Below are positions 46,019 to 56,008 of a stretch of 64,000 nt of DNA, one piece after another. A program made the position numbers and the translations under genes. Position 1 is the first letter of the stretch, and each line of letters opens with the position of its first letter. Location: NCBI GenBank assembly GCA_903926205.1, contig CAIYID010000060.1, forward strand, positions 8,242 through 72,241, read 5' to 3'. The stretch is from an uncultured Bdellovibrionales bacterium (GTDB taxonomy: Bacteria; Bdellovibrionota; Bdellovibrionia; Bdellovibrionales; Bdellovibrionaceae). The notes under the pieces are model-generated. The model searched no databases and was not told the origin of the DNA. It saw nothing but the letters and a program-made list of their open reading frames with translations.

Positions 46019-48691
46019 TTGCAAGCGAATCAGCGCTTCACGCAATGATTCCACCTGAATCTTTGATTGAGCTAACGACTGCCGATCCGCTTCGACCACG
46101 TCTTCGGCTGCGTTTTTAACAAAATTCTCATTATTTAAACGGCCCGAAAGTCCCGTGATATCTTTGATTAATTTTTCGATCGTCTTTTCAATCCGCTTAA
46201 CCTCTTCATCAATATCGACAAGTCCCGACAAAGGAATAATCACTTTCACCTGTGAGGTATCAACAATCACTGGCGTGACTGCACACTTGGCCTCAGAACC
46301 CTCGTCGCTAATGTCCAAATTTTCAATTCGGCCCATGTTCATGATCGAGTTTCGATTATTTCCAAGAATCTTTTGCATTTCTCCATCGTTAGGACTGAGT
46401 CGAACATTGATCTTCAGCGCCGGAGAAATTCGATTTTCGCCTCGAATATTTCTAATCGCAGAAATCACTTCTTTCACAACATCCACTTCGAAAGCCGCCG
46501 CTTCTGTAGCTAAGCCCAAAAATTCACGATCTATTCGAGGATTTGGATATTGGTCAACGATGCAAGCTTCGCCTTTTATCGGCAACTTTTGGTATAGCTC
46601 TTCAGAAATGAACGGAGCAAAAGGATGTAATAATCTCATCACGCGATTAAGCACTTGAGCCATTACTAACTGCGTGGCTTGCCTTTCCTCAGCATTCGTT
46701 CCACTTAAGACCGGCTTACTAAACTCAATGTACCAGTCGCAAAATTCATACCAGACAAAAGAGTAAAGAGCGCTGGCTGCATCAGAGAATCGATTTTGCT
46801 CCAAGGACTCTTCAATGACAGCCTCCGCACGGGCCAGCTTACGAATAATCCATTGATCATATATAGACATATGCGCTTTATTCGGCAAAGCCTTGGTGCC
46901 ATTTTTAGGGGTAGTAAAATCAGAAAGATTTCCCATGGCAAAGCGTGTGGCATTCCAAATTTTATTCATAAAATTACGATAGCCTTCAGTTCTTTGCTCA
47001 CTGAATTTAAAATCTTTACCCGAATGAATATGAGCTAAGAAACTAAATCTCAAAGCGTCAGCTCCATATTTTTCGATCAATTCCACCGGATCAACAGAAT
47101 TGCCTAGGGATTTAGACATTTTACGGCCTTGTGCATCTCTGACAATTCCATGCAGATAAACTTTTCGAAAGGGGATGTCTCGCATGAACTCTAGTCCCAT
47201 CATCATCATTCGCGCCACCCAGAAAAACAAAATATCATGTCCTGTAACAAGCATGCTCGTCGGATAAAAAGTTTTGAGACTTTCCGTTTCTGTTGGCCAA
47301 CCCATCGTAGAAAAAGGCCACAAAGCCGAGCTGAACCAGGTGTCCAGAACATCCTCTTCTTGTTTAAGACTTTTCGACTGGCAAGACTCACATTCGGTGG
47401 GATCAGTTTCCGCGACTGTAATATGACCACAATCTTGGCAATACCAAGCCGGAATTCGATGGCCCCACCAAAGTTGCCGAGAAATACACCAATCTTCAAT
47501 GATATTCATCCAATGCAAATAAACTTTAGTCCAAGACTCAGGCTCAAATTTCGTCGTCCCGCTTTCGACCACACGTTTTGCCGGAACACTGAGCTGTTCA
47601 GTTCGAACAAACCATTGTTCAGAAAGAAAAGGCTCCACCACCGCTCCGGAGCGCGAACAATGTCCTACACTCAATGAGTGAGGCTCTTCTTTTTCAAGCA
47701 AACCTTGAGTTTTTAAATCTTCCAGCACTCGCTTGCGCGCTTCCTGCACACTTAACCCCTGATAAGGTCCCGTATTTTCATTCATACGACATTGACGAGT
47801 GAGAATATTGATAAATTCTAATTTGTGTGTTTTACCAACTTTGTAATCGTTGAAATCATGAGCCGGCGTAATTTTCACAACGCCGGAACCAAACTCTTTA
47901 TCAACATAAACATCAGCGATGATCGGAATTTTTTTATTGAGCAAGGGTAAAATTACCGATTTCCCTACAAGCTGTTTGTATCGCTCATCTTCCGGGTGAA
48001 CACAAACCGCCGCATCTCCCAAAAGAGTTTCAGGACGCGTGGTCGCAACGACTAAATATCCAGAGCCATCTTCGAGGGGATATTTAATGTGCCACAAAGA
48101 ACCCTTCACTGATCGATGTTCAACTTCCAAATCAGAGATCGCAGTTTCCAATGGGCCCGACCAGTTGACTAATCGCTGTCCTCGGTAAATTAAATTTTTT
48201 TTATGGAGAGAAACAAAAACTTTACGAACTGCTTTAGAAACGCCCTCATCCAAAGTGAAGCAAGAGCGATCCCAGTCACAGGAGTCCCCCAACCGGCGCA
48301 TTTGTTTATAAATACGATCTCCGTATTGGTTTTTCCATTCCCAAACTTTTTCCAAAAATTTTTCCCGTCCTAATTCTTGACGAGTTAAATTTTCTTTTTT
48401 CAGCTCTTTTTCTACTACACTCTGAGTTGCGATTCCCGCATGATCTGTCCCCGGCAACCACAAAGCATTAAAGCCATTCATGCGTTTCCAGCGAATCAAA
48501 CAGTCTTGAATCGTGTGATCAAGTGCGTGTCCTATATGTAAAAACCCTGTGACATTTGGTGGGGGCAAGATAATGCAAAAAGGAGGTTTCGTGGATCGAT
48601 CTTGAGCTTTAAAATGCCCGCTTTCTTCCCACCAGGAATAGATTCTTCCTTCAACTTCTTGTGAATTATAACGATCTGAAATCTGTGACAT
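46013..48691 (-). CDS. valS: Valine--tRNA ligase
   Basis: 892 aa. HIGH motif (PNVTGFLHIGH), KMSKS, an editing domain and a C-terminal coiled coil. Confidence 0.95.
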   Translation of the reverse strand: MSQISDRYNSQEVEGRIYSWWEESGHFKAQDRSTKPPFCIILPPPNVTGFLHIGHALDHTIQDCLIRWKRMNGFNALWLPGTDHAGIATQSVVEKELKKENLTRQELGREKFLEKVWEWKNQYGDRIYKQMRRLGDSCDWDRSCFTLDEGVSKAVRKVFVSLHKKNLIYRGQRLVNWSGPLETAISDLEVEHRSVKGSLWHIKYPLEDGSGYLVVATTRPETLLGDAAVCVHPEDERYKQLVGKSVILPLLNKKIPIIADVYVDKEFGSGVVKITPAHDFNDYKVGKTHKLEFINILTRQCRMNENTGPYQGLSVQEARKRVLEDLKTQGLLEKEEPHSLSVGHCSRSGAVVEPFLSEQWFVRTEQLSVPAKRVVESGTTKFEPESWTKVYLHWMNIIEDWCISRQLWWGHRIPAWYCQDCGHITVAETDPTECESCQSKSLKQEEDVLDTWFSSALWPFSTMGWPTETESLKTFYPTSMLVTGHDILFFWVARMMMMGLEFMRDIPFRKVYLHGIVRDAQGRKMSKSLGNSVDPVELIEKYGADALRFSFLAHIHSGKDFKFSEQRTEGYRNFMNKIWNATRFAMGNLSDFTTPKNGTKALPNKAHMSIYDQWIIRKLARAEAVIEESLEQNRFSDAASALYSFVWYEFCDWYIEFSKPVLSGTNAEERQATQLVMAQVLNRVMRLLHPFAPFISEELYQKLPIKGEACIVDQYPNPRIDREFLGLATEAAAFEVDVVKEVISAIRNIRGENRISPALKINVRLSPNDGEMQKILGNNRNSIMNMGRIENLDISDEGSEAKCAVTPVIVDTSQVKVIIPLSGLVDIDEEVKRIEKTIEKLIKDITGLSGRLNNENFVKNAAEDVVEADRQSLAQSKIQVESLREALIRLQS

Positions 48692-49851
48692 TATTGATCT
48701 TCCGTTGGATTAGATTCTTGACCCGGACTGGGCTTATGATTTTTATTAAACGATTTCATCTCAATTTGTACTTCAGTTTTGTCTAATTCTTTCTGAATAT
48801 TCTGTGAATTCCCGTTACGGTTTATTTTGGGTTTGGGCTTGCTAACGGCATCATTGCCGGGCGTCGTATCAAAAAGGGTCTGATCCACTCCGTCCGAAGT
48901 CTCTTCATTGAATTTTTCAATATCCGTTTTTGGTCGAATGCGATGCGAATCATTCGAAGGTAAACGATAAGCAATGCCTACCTGCACGTCCCAATAATTG
49001 GCAGCATTTGTTCCGTTGATTGTCGCTCCTCCACCAATATAAGTGGCAAAGCTTTTCGAAAGATTGAACTTAACCCAGAAGTTAGTCTCCAGGAGTTGTG
49101 GATTGAGCGCATCAAAAATCTGACTGTTACCGTTCACGGCGTACATCCAAGCGAGCTGTTGCCCGGAATTATTCGTGTTACCATCAGAGCTCGCACTTGA
49201 ATAGCCCTGAACATTAGCCCCTAAAGACCAAGTTTTGAAGCGGGTTTCAGCGATGAGGCCATAGGGCACCAAAGCCGAACGACTTTGATCTCGCCAAACA
49301 TATCCCGTAAAACCTTCGAGCCAAAAACGACTGAAGCGAAATTGCAAGTAAACCTTTCCTGATAGAGTCATCACGCCTTCACTGATAGCTGGAAGCGACG
49401 TATTGGAAAAATTATTTGTCGTGATAGGGTAAAGAAAAGAAAATTCGGGAATAATATTAAAAGCATCCTGAAAGAGAATAAAATCTGTTCCAAGGCGCAC
49501 GTGAGTTAATCCGGTAGCTGATAGGGATTGACTCGTATTTTTGCTTTGTGACGAGCTCACTTGCGAATCCCCCCAAAGCGACCAGTTACTTCCAGGCACC
49601 GAGGTCCGTGTTGCAAAATTAAAATCCTCTAGGGTGTAGGAACAGCCGGTTGGCAAATTACTGTAAGCCCCCCCCGCTGAGGAATAATTCGAATTCGTCG
49701 ACAAGTATCGACTTGTCAATTCAAAATCCCATACATTTTGGGGATAAAGTTTAATTTCATCGAATCCGGCATTGGCACAGAACGACAATAACAAGGCTTC
49801 AATTAATACTGCGAGAAAAATACATTTTTGCACTGACTTTCTCCTGGCCAT
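48691..49851 (-). CDS. Putative outer-membrane beta-barrel protein with hydrophilic C-terminal extension
   Basis: 386 aa. Signal peptide (IFLAVLIEALLLSFCANA), then Y/W/G/N/S-rich alternating segments to ...VGIAYRL, then a ~90 aa polar tail. The stop overlaps the valS ATG (TAATG). Confidence 0.45.
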   Translation of the reverse strand: MARRKSVQKCIFLAVLIEALLLSFCANAGFDEIKLYPQNVWDFELTSRYLSTNSNYSSAGGAYSNLPTGCSYTLEDFNFATRTSVPGSNWSLWGDSQVSSSQSKNTSQSLSATGLTHVRLGTDFILFQDAFNIIPEFSFLYPITTNNFSNTSLPAISEGVMTLSGKVYLQFRFSRFWLEGFTGYVWRDQSRSALVPYGLIAETRFKTWSLGANVQGYSSASSDGNTNNSGQQLAWMYAVNGNSQIFDALNPQLLETNFWVKFNLSKSFATYIGGGATINGTNAANYWDVQVGIAYRLPSNDSHRIRPKTDIEKFNEETSDGVDQTLFDTTPGNDAVSKPKPKINRNGNSQNIQKELDKTEVQIEMKSFNKNHKPSPGQESNPTEDQ

Positions 49852-49870
49852 TTATTATCTCTTAACGAAT

Positions 49871-51103
49871 ATGAACGATCAAAAAAAATCCCAGTTAACC
49901 GTCATATTTTTTACCGTTTTTATCTATTTAGTTGGCTTTGGTGTCATAATTCCAATCACGCCCCTGTTAGGCAAGGAATTTGGAGCTTCGTCCAGTCAAG
50001 TCGGCCTGTTGATGTCAGTCTATTCACTGATGCAATTTCTCTTTTCGCCTTTTTGGGGAAAAATCAGTGACAGGGTTGGTCGAAGACCCGTTCTTTTATT
50101 CTGCCTTCTGGGCGAAGGCGCTTCTTATCTTCTTTTTGCAGCTTCTCGCAGTCTTGAAGTGCTTTTTGTGGCTCGAGCTTTAGCAGGATTTTTCGGAGCC
50201 AGTCTTTCGACGGCATCGGCCTATATTTCTGATGTGACTCCGCCAAACGAAAGGTCCAAAGGAATGGCGCTCATCGGAGCCGCCTTTGGTCTAGGTTTTA
50301 TCGTCGGACCAGCCCTTGGTGGAGGACTCACCATGTGGGGTGAGCATATCTCGCCTGAACCACATTTTGGAACCAGTTTTGCTTTAGTGATGGTGGCAGG
50401 AATTTGTTTTGCGAATTTTTTGTTCGGCGTAAAATTTCTGAAAGAATCTTTAGATAAAACTCACCAAATCAAACCCAAAGATCTCAGTCGTATTGAGCAA
50501 ATATTGCACTATTTTAAAAAACCGCTGGTGGGCTCGCTCATGTGGGTTTTCTTTATTAATTCCGTGGCCTTTTCAACGATGGAAGCGACTTTAGTTTTGC
50601 TGGTCGGTGACCGCTTCGGCTGGGGAATCAAGGAAGTGAGTTTTGGCTTTGCTTATATTGGCGTGGTATCGACGATCAGTCAGGGCTTGCTTGTTCGCCG
50701 ACTACTTCCAAAATTGGGCGAACGAAAAATGCTAATTCTTGGCTTGAGTTGCTTAGCCATCAGCTTGGCTGGAATTTCTATGGCCAAGGAAATTTGGGAA
50801 TTAGCTTTTGTCATGACCTTCCTTTGCCTTGGGTATTCCTTTACTAGTCCATCGACTTTAGGAAGCATCAGCCTGCTTTCACCGGCGACCGAACAAGGTG
50901 CTGTTCTGGGAACGACTCAGGGTCTTGCCTCTCTCGGTCGAATTTTAGGACCGGCCTTTGGTGGACTTATTTATGGCATACACCAAGCCGCACCTTTTTT
51001 GTCTGCGGCCGCTCTGGCTGGATTTGCATTTTTAATCGTGTTAATGACTTATGCTCAGCTGCCCGAATCGGCGAAGCAGACTGCAAAAAAAGCACACAAT
51101 TAA
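49871..51103 (+). CDS. MFS transporter (TetA/DHA1-like)
   Basis: Start MNDQKKSQLTVIFFTV at ATG 49871. 12-TM pattern and the GKISDRVGRRPV loop motif. ORF extends to 49772, which would overlap the divergent gene. Confidence 0.8.
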   Translation: MNDQKKSQLTVIFFTVFIYLVGFGVIIPITPLLGKEFGASSSQVGLLMSVYSLMQFLFSPFWGKISDRVGRRPVLLFCLLGEGASYLLFAASRSLEVLFVARALAGFFGASLSTASAYISDVTPPNERSKGMALIGAAFGLGFIVGPALGGGLTMWGEHISPEPHFGTSFALVMVAGICFANFLFGVKFLKESLDKTHQIKPKDLSRIEQILHYFKKPLVGSLMWVFFINSVAFSTMEATLVLLVGDRFGWGIKEVSFGFAYIGVVSTISQGLLVRRLLPKLGERKMLILGLSCLAISLAGISMAKEIWELAFVMTFLCLGYSFTSPSTLGSISLLSPATEQGAVLGTTQGLASLGRILGPAFGGLIYGIHQAAPFLSAAALAGFAFLIVLMTYAQLPESAKQTAKKAHN

Positions 51104-51117
51104 ATTCGAGAGGTTTT

Positions 51118-51549
51118 ATGAAAAAAAAGGATTTTTCATTAGTTATTTTGTTTATAAATCTCTCGTTTTTGGTATTGGCGAGCTGTGCAACAACTACTTT
51201 TGCGCAAGACTTTAAACGCCTCAAAAAAGGAATGGAAAAAGGAGACGTTGCGGAAAGAATTGGAAGCCCAAAACGTAAAGATAATCACAATGAAAAAGAA
51301 TGGTGGTATTACACCGTTTATGAAAACCGAGAAAAAATCGAACGCATGGTGGTCTTCAAAGAAAATAAAATGATTTACGCAGGAAAGATCGCAAAACCTC
51401 CTTATGTTAAAGACGCCGCGGAAGATGATAAAAAAACTCAAGCCCAAAATGAAGAACTTGATGCTGAAATGGAAAAAGCAAGAGTCGAAGAAACACCAAT
51501 GACATCAGGACCCACCGGAATTAATGAAGACGACCTCGATAAAAAATAA
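51118..51549 (+). CDS. Lipoprotein, BamE/SmpA-OmlA-like
   Basis: 143 aa. Lipobox VLASC, a KGMEKGDVAERIGSP...WWYY pattern resembling BamE, and an acidic C-terminal tail. Confidence 0.45.
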   Translation: MKKKDFSLVILFINLSFLVLASCATTTFAQDFKRLKKGMEKGDVAERIGSPKRKDNHNEKEWWYYTVYENREKIERMVVFKENKMIYAGKIAKPPYVKDAAEDDKKTQAQNEELDAEMEKARVEETPMTSGPTGINEDDLDKK

Positions 51550-51620
51550 TTAACCGCACACTGGCTCGACTTTACTTTTATTTTGCGTACAAACAAAAAG
51601 TCTTTATTTTTATTGAAGAT

Positions 51621-51648
51621 AACTTTGGTTAGTACGCTAACCAAAGTT
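51621..51648. terminator. Perfect 12-bp stem / 4-nt loop hairpin between convergent genes
   Basis: AACTTTGGTTAG-tacg-CTAACCAAAGTT, between the BamE-like gene (+) and nagZ (-). A T-rich run lies upstream. Confidence 0.5.
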
Positions 51649-51695
51649 GAAGTCACGGCAATACGTTTCAAATGAAATTTGAATGCCTTCGCGAC

Positions 51696-52778
51696 TTATA
51701 AGGCCTGAGAAATATCAGCCGAAAGTTTAACGTGCTCCGAACATCCCACAATTTTAGCTACATTCGCTTTATCTAATGGATCAGGATGAACAAGATATTC
51801 TTTCTTATGAGCGAGGATTCTCTGATGAATTTGCCCAACAAGTTCCGTTGAAAGTTCTTTATTTTCCAATGCCGCAGTCAAGGCCTCCAATGCCGTCGGG
51901 GGAGACTGAGGCTCGTTGCAATAAAGCAAAAGGTCGGCTCCTGCTTGAAGGGCTCGCACTGGAATTTTCTTTACCTCATGATATTTCGCCAGCGCCTTCA
52001 TACCAAGATCATCGGTGACAATCAGTCCTTTATAGCGAAGCTCTTCCCGCAAAATCTTTTTCAAAAATATTTCAGAAAGGGTGCAAGGCCATTTTGGATC
52101 TATATTATTAAACAAAATATGTGAAGTCATAATCATTTGGACTCGCGCTTTTACTGCACGCTTGAAAGGCACAAGCTCACGCTGCTCTAAAATCTCGCGA
52201 GTCACCTCTTCAATGGGAAGCTCTTCATGACTATCGATTAAAGTATTTCCATGGCCCGGAAAATGTTTGGCACAAGGGGTGATTTCAGACTTTAAGTATC
52301 CGCGAATCAGCGCTGAAGCGTGCTTACCCACAAGCTCACAATCACTTCCTAGGGAGCGATCTCCTATCACTTTATTCTCGGGATTAGTGAACACATCCAA
52401 GCAAGGAGCCCAATCCACATTAATGCCTACCGCTTTGAGCTCGGCTCCCATCGCCATGGCAAAATTAAAAGAAAGTGTTGGGGAATCTAAATCACCTAAT
52501 TTTTTAAGAGGGGGCCATTGCGTAAAAGGAGGCTTTAACCTAGCAACACGGCCTCCTTCCATATCAATAGCGATATAAAGAGGAGTTTTGTCTGACATTT
52601 CATGGCGAAGACTTTGAAGCTCTAAGCAAAGCTCTCTCACCTGATCGGGCTCTTTTACATTGCGACCAAAAAGAGTCACACCGGAAATATTATTTTCAAT
52701 AATAAATTTCTTTTCCTCAGAAGTGAGGCTTAAGCCCGAAACACCAATCATCAAAAGCTGGCCAAGTTTTTGGTTCAT
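51696..52778 (-). CDS. nagZ: Beta-N-acetylhexosaminidase (GH3)
   Basis: 360 aa. IDMEGGRV, DRSLG, KHFPGHG and VTDDLGM motifs. Confidence 0.85.
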   Translation of the reverse strand: MNQKLGQLLMIGVSGLSLTSEEKKFIIENNISGVTLFGRNVKEPDQVRELCLELQSLRHEMSDKTPLYIAIDMEGGRVARLKPPFTQWPPLKKLGDLDSPTLSFNFAMAMGAELKAVGINVDWAPCLDVFTNPENKVIGDRSLGSDCELVGKHASALIRGYLKSEITPCAKHFPGHGNTLIDSHEELPIEEVTREILEQRELVPFKRAVKARVQMIMTSHILFNNIDPKWPCTLSEIFLKKILREELRYKGLIVTDDLGMKALAKYHEVKKIPVRALQAGADLLLYCNEPQSPPTALEALTAALENKELSTELVGQIHQRILAHKKEYLVHPDPLDKANVAKIVGCSEHVKLSADISQAL

Positions 52779-53737
52779 TATTTATTTTCAATGGGTTCAG
52801 GTTTGTTTGTTGATGCCGGAGCTTCCACTGGATCCATGGGCGCAACCTTCGGTTTTTCTGGCGCCTCAACTGATAGTGGCTGAGTAACTACGGGCTTTGA
52901 TGGAGCCTCTATTTGGAGTGATTTCGTTGAAGAAACCGCTCCCTTATTAGCTAACTCATTTTTATTTCCAAGCGGAACCTCGCCAAAAAGACTTTTTAGC
53001 AAGGCTGTTGGCACTTGAAAATTTCCAGTGGCCGCAGAAGATTGTGCGACTAACTCAGTCGAGATCGATTGAACTGGAGATTTGGCCGAAAGCACCTCTC
53101 CTTTTTCAGAAACATAAGAAGTGAATTTCGTGTCTTTGAAGTCATTTAGAATTTTGTAAGCCTTGATTCCATTAAATTCTTCAACACCCTTAACAAAAGC
53201 CATACCTTTTACAATCGCACCGTCTTCCTCTGCAATGGCTTGATATTCGTACTTAGTGCCAGGAGTAATTCCTTTGGGATTTTTTAGCATTTCATAAACA
53301 AGAAAATAAGAGAGAAAAACTCCTTTTGGTAAAGCTTTGTTGATTTTAGAAATATTTGCGCCGTCTTTAACGGTGGCAATAAATTTTCCGCCTTCAAATT
53401 TTGCGTCGATGGTTTTTGTTTGGCCGCCAGCTAAAGAGGTGTAGGCATAAGCCACCGGAGAAAGATCAGCTTTTGAAACGGCTTTGATGCTTTCAAGCAT
53501 ATTTCCGGCGAGTTCATTGGTCTTCATTAAGTAGGTAAAAGAAAACTGCTTTTTCTTCGAGTCAAACTCATAACGACTCACAATAAAACCGACATGCACT
53601 CCGCCAGAGACAACTTTTGAATAACCTTCAAAAAGAATTTCTGCTTTTGCGCTGACAGTAACCAGGACTGTTATAGTCACCAAAACGGAAGTTGTGAAAT
53701 AAAGGCTCAAGTGTTTTTTTATTAACGATATGACCAT
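52778..53737 (-). CDS. Membrane-anchored/secreted hypothetical protein with Pro/Ala/Glu-rich tail
   Basis: Start MVISLIKKHLSLYFTTSVLVTITVLVTVSAKA at ATG 53737 (RBS AAGGAG); ORF extends to 53806. The stop overlaps the nagZ ATG (TAATG). Confidence 0.45.
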   Translation of the reverse strand: MVISLIKKHLSLYFTTSVLVTITVLVTVSAKAEILFEGYSKVVSGGVHVGFIVSRYEFDSKKKQFSFTYLMKTNELAGNMLESIKAVSKADLSPVAYAYTSLAGGQTKTIDAKFEGGKFIATVKDGANISKINKALPKGVFLSYFLVYEMLKNPKGITPGTKYEYQAIAEEDGAIVKGMAFVKGVEEFNGIKAYKILNDFKDTKFTSYVSEKGEVLSAKSPVQSISTELVAQSSAATGNFQVPTALLKSLFGEVPLGNKNELANKGAVSSTKSLQIEAPSKPVVTQPLSVEAPEKPKVAPMDPVEAPASTNKPEPIENK

Positions 53738-53876
53738 GGTCGAGACTCCTTCGATAAGATCAAGAAAATTCTCTGCCAAGGGACCTAATTCTGTCAAAGA
53801 ATACAATAAAACTAAGAAAAACTAGTTGGTCGAGTTGTTCATCTTCAGAGAGTGAGTAAAAATATAAGCACCACTT

Positions 53877-56006
53877 ATGAGTCAGTTGTTTTGGTTTCCA
53901 ACAAAAAATATTCAAAAAGCCTCGCAAGAAAAACAGCGCGGGCAAGTCGCTATTTTTATCGCTTTGATCTTTCAAGTCTTGTTTGTTTTTTTTGCGATGC
54001 TCGTCAATGTCGGCCTCCTGGTTCATCATAAAATTAATCTGCAAAACTCGGTGGACATCGCCGCTTATTATGGCGCGATGAAACAGGCCGAAAAGCTAAA
54101 TGTTATCGCCCACGCGAACTTTCAAATTCGACAAAGTTGGAAACTTTTAGTTTTTCGCTACCGACACCTGGGCGCCTATGGAGATGACACTTTTCCAGGA
54201 AAAACTGGAGGCATTAATTTAAATACAAAAGGAAGTATCTTCCCCTCATTTTGTATTGCTTATGATCCCTTTGATTTTATGAATACGAGTGAAAATTATT
54301 GTCGCAAATCTGGTCAAGGCTCTAGTTTTATCCTTCAAAAACCACCAGTTCCAACTTTTGTCGGAGCTGGTGCTGCTGCTATTTTAGGTTTGCAAGCCTT
54401 TGCTCAGTTAAATATTGCCGCCACCAATGCCGTACGCAATGCCATCACCCATTCTTGCAAAGAAAAAAATGCGCTTAATTATTATGAATTAACAAATTTT
54501 ATTTATGCCTGGAAAAGGGATATCGCTAATCGCAAGCGCTTAATCTATACGCTGGCGAATGAAATGAGTTCTAGTAATGATGACTTTAAAGATCTAGATG
54601 GAAAGTCCGTGATTGATGGCGTGGAAAAAACTTTTCAAAAAAATCTCACCTATCAAAACCTTCAAGGGGTTCAAAATATTGGAACCAGATCCCTCAAATT
54701 TTTTAATTCTCTGGGGGGCACTGCGACGGGTGACCCACTGACTCCTCCGGCCTGGCTGTCGGACATTCGAATCTTTCCCATCTTTTGGGCTTTTATTAGT
54801 ACAGATTGCACCAAGGACGCCATTAATTATGCTCCCTTTCCAGTGAACTTTGGCCTACCAATTCCTCCCACAATCGCAACCGATCCAAATGTGGGCAGTG
54901 TTATCAGTCAAATCAACGACTATGTTGGAGAACCTGCCACCGGGGCATCGTCTCAAGCTCTTCTTTATGGTGCTTCGTTGGGCGTCGAGAAAAATCCTTG
55001 GTATGTACCTTATGTTGGTGTGCATGCTGAAACAAAACCACAAATTCCTTTTTCGCCTTTTGGCTCGGTCACGTTGAAGGCGACAGCCTATGCCAAAGTT
55101 TTTGGCGGCACCGTGGGCCCTTGGTACGGCAAGAAATGGAATTTTGGAAGTCAACAATCTGATAGTGCCACTCCGAATGACACCAAAGTGATGCCTCCGC
55201 GCTCAACAGGAGCCTTACTCACACCTTTACAAGTGGTCGACCCACAATTTGTTCCAGACGATGTTCGGTATGTGGGTGACACCATCGGCACGCAGTCAAA
55301 TCTCAATATGTACACCTATGCACAAGTTATGAAACAATTTCCCACGCATTCGTTAAGCCTGTTGTATTGGGCGCATCTCGTAAATCCAATTGATGATCTG
55401 GAGCAAATTGGAACAAACGGAGATCTGCTCGCCTGGCATAATCCAGGCATCACAAACCTGACTATGGCTGACAAAATGAGAAATCTGGAAAATGCGGTGA
55501 TTGCCCCAGATCAGTGGGATCTTTCTTATTACTCCGTTGAGCCTGATTATTATCGAAATTATTATTTGCGATTAAAAAAACGCGAAGCTGAATTTAAATT
55601 TCCAGTGCGTGGAGATCTTGGTCAACGTGCTAATGATAGCATCCTCAATAACTACAGTATCAAAGAGCAAATTAAAAACGCGCAAACTTTTTCTCTGAGC
55701 GGTGGACTTGATATTAAAAATGCGCTCAATTATTATGCGCAATCTCCGGCAGAATTGCTTACGAGCTTCAAAGGCATGGCTCCGGACAATCCGGTGATGG
55801 ACACGATCAATAACTTTGGAAAATGCACAAAATCAGTTTTAGACGGTGAAATTCCGGAGAAATCCACCGCCGGCAACTGTATCTCTGGAGGGCGCGTCGG
55901 CTATTCCGTCAAATTGGTCGATGGAGATTTTCTTTCAAGCTCTGACTTACCAATGGGCGGCCCGATGACCTCGGGCCCTCTTAAAAATCCACCAGCTGGG
56001 TTTTAA
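53877..56006 (+). CDS. Large protein with TadE/TadG-like (Flp pilus assembly) N-terminal segment
   Basis: 709 aa. N-terminus QRGQVAIFIALIFQVLFVFFAMLVNVGLLVHHKINLQNSVDIAAYYGA resembles the TadG/TadE-like membrane segment. The remainder is unrecognised. Confidence 0.45.
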   Translation: MSQLFWFPTKNIQKASQEKQRGQVAIFIALIFQVLFVFFAMLVNVGLLVHHKINLQNSVDIAAYYGAMKQAEKLNVIAHANFQIRQSWKLLVFRYRHLGAYGDDTFPGKTGGINLNTKGSIFPSFCIAYDPFDFMNTSENYCRKSGQGSSFILQKPPVPTFVGAGAAAILGLQAFAQLNIAATNAVRNAITHSCKEKNALNYYELTNFIYAWKRDIANRKRLIYTLANEMSSSNDDFKDLDGKSVIDGVEKTFQKNLTYQNLQGVQNIGTRSLKFFNSLGGTATGDPLTPPAWLSDIRIFPIFWAFISTDCTKDAINYAPFPVNFGLPIPPTIATDPNVGSVISQINDYVGEPATGASSQALLYGASLGVEKNPWYVPYVGVHAETKPQIPFSPFGSVTLKATAYAKVFGGTVGPWYGKKWNFGSQQSDSATPNDTKVMPPRSTGALLTPLQVVDPQFVPDDVRYVGDTIGTQSNLNMYTYAQVMKQFPTHSLSLLYWAHLVNPIDDLEQIGTNGDLLAWHNPGITNLTMADKMRNLENAVIAPDQWDLSYYSVEPDYYRNYYLRLKKREAEFKFPVRGDLGQRANDSILNNYSIKEQIKNAQTFSLSGGLDIKNALNYYAQSPAELLTSFKGMAPDNPVMDTINNFGKCTKSVLDGEIPEKSTAGNCISGGRVGYSVKLVDGDFLSSSDLPMGGPMTSGPLKNPPAGF

Positions 56007-56008
56007 TA

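Noticed and set aside
46155-46658. 167-aa plus-strand ORF inside valS
   Set aside because: It is antisense to a gene with unmistakable ValRS motifs. Its product is low-complexity (Ser/Ile/Phe-rich) with no RBS or recognisable domain, so it is a typical shadow ORF.
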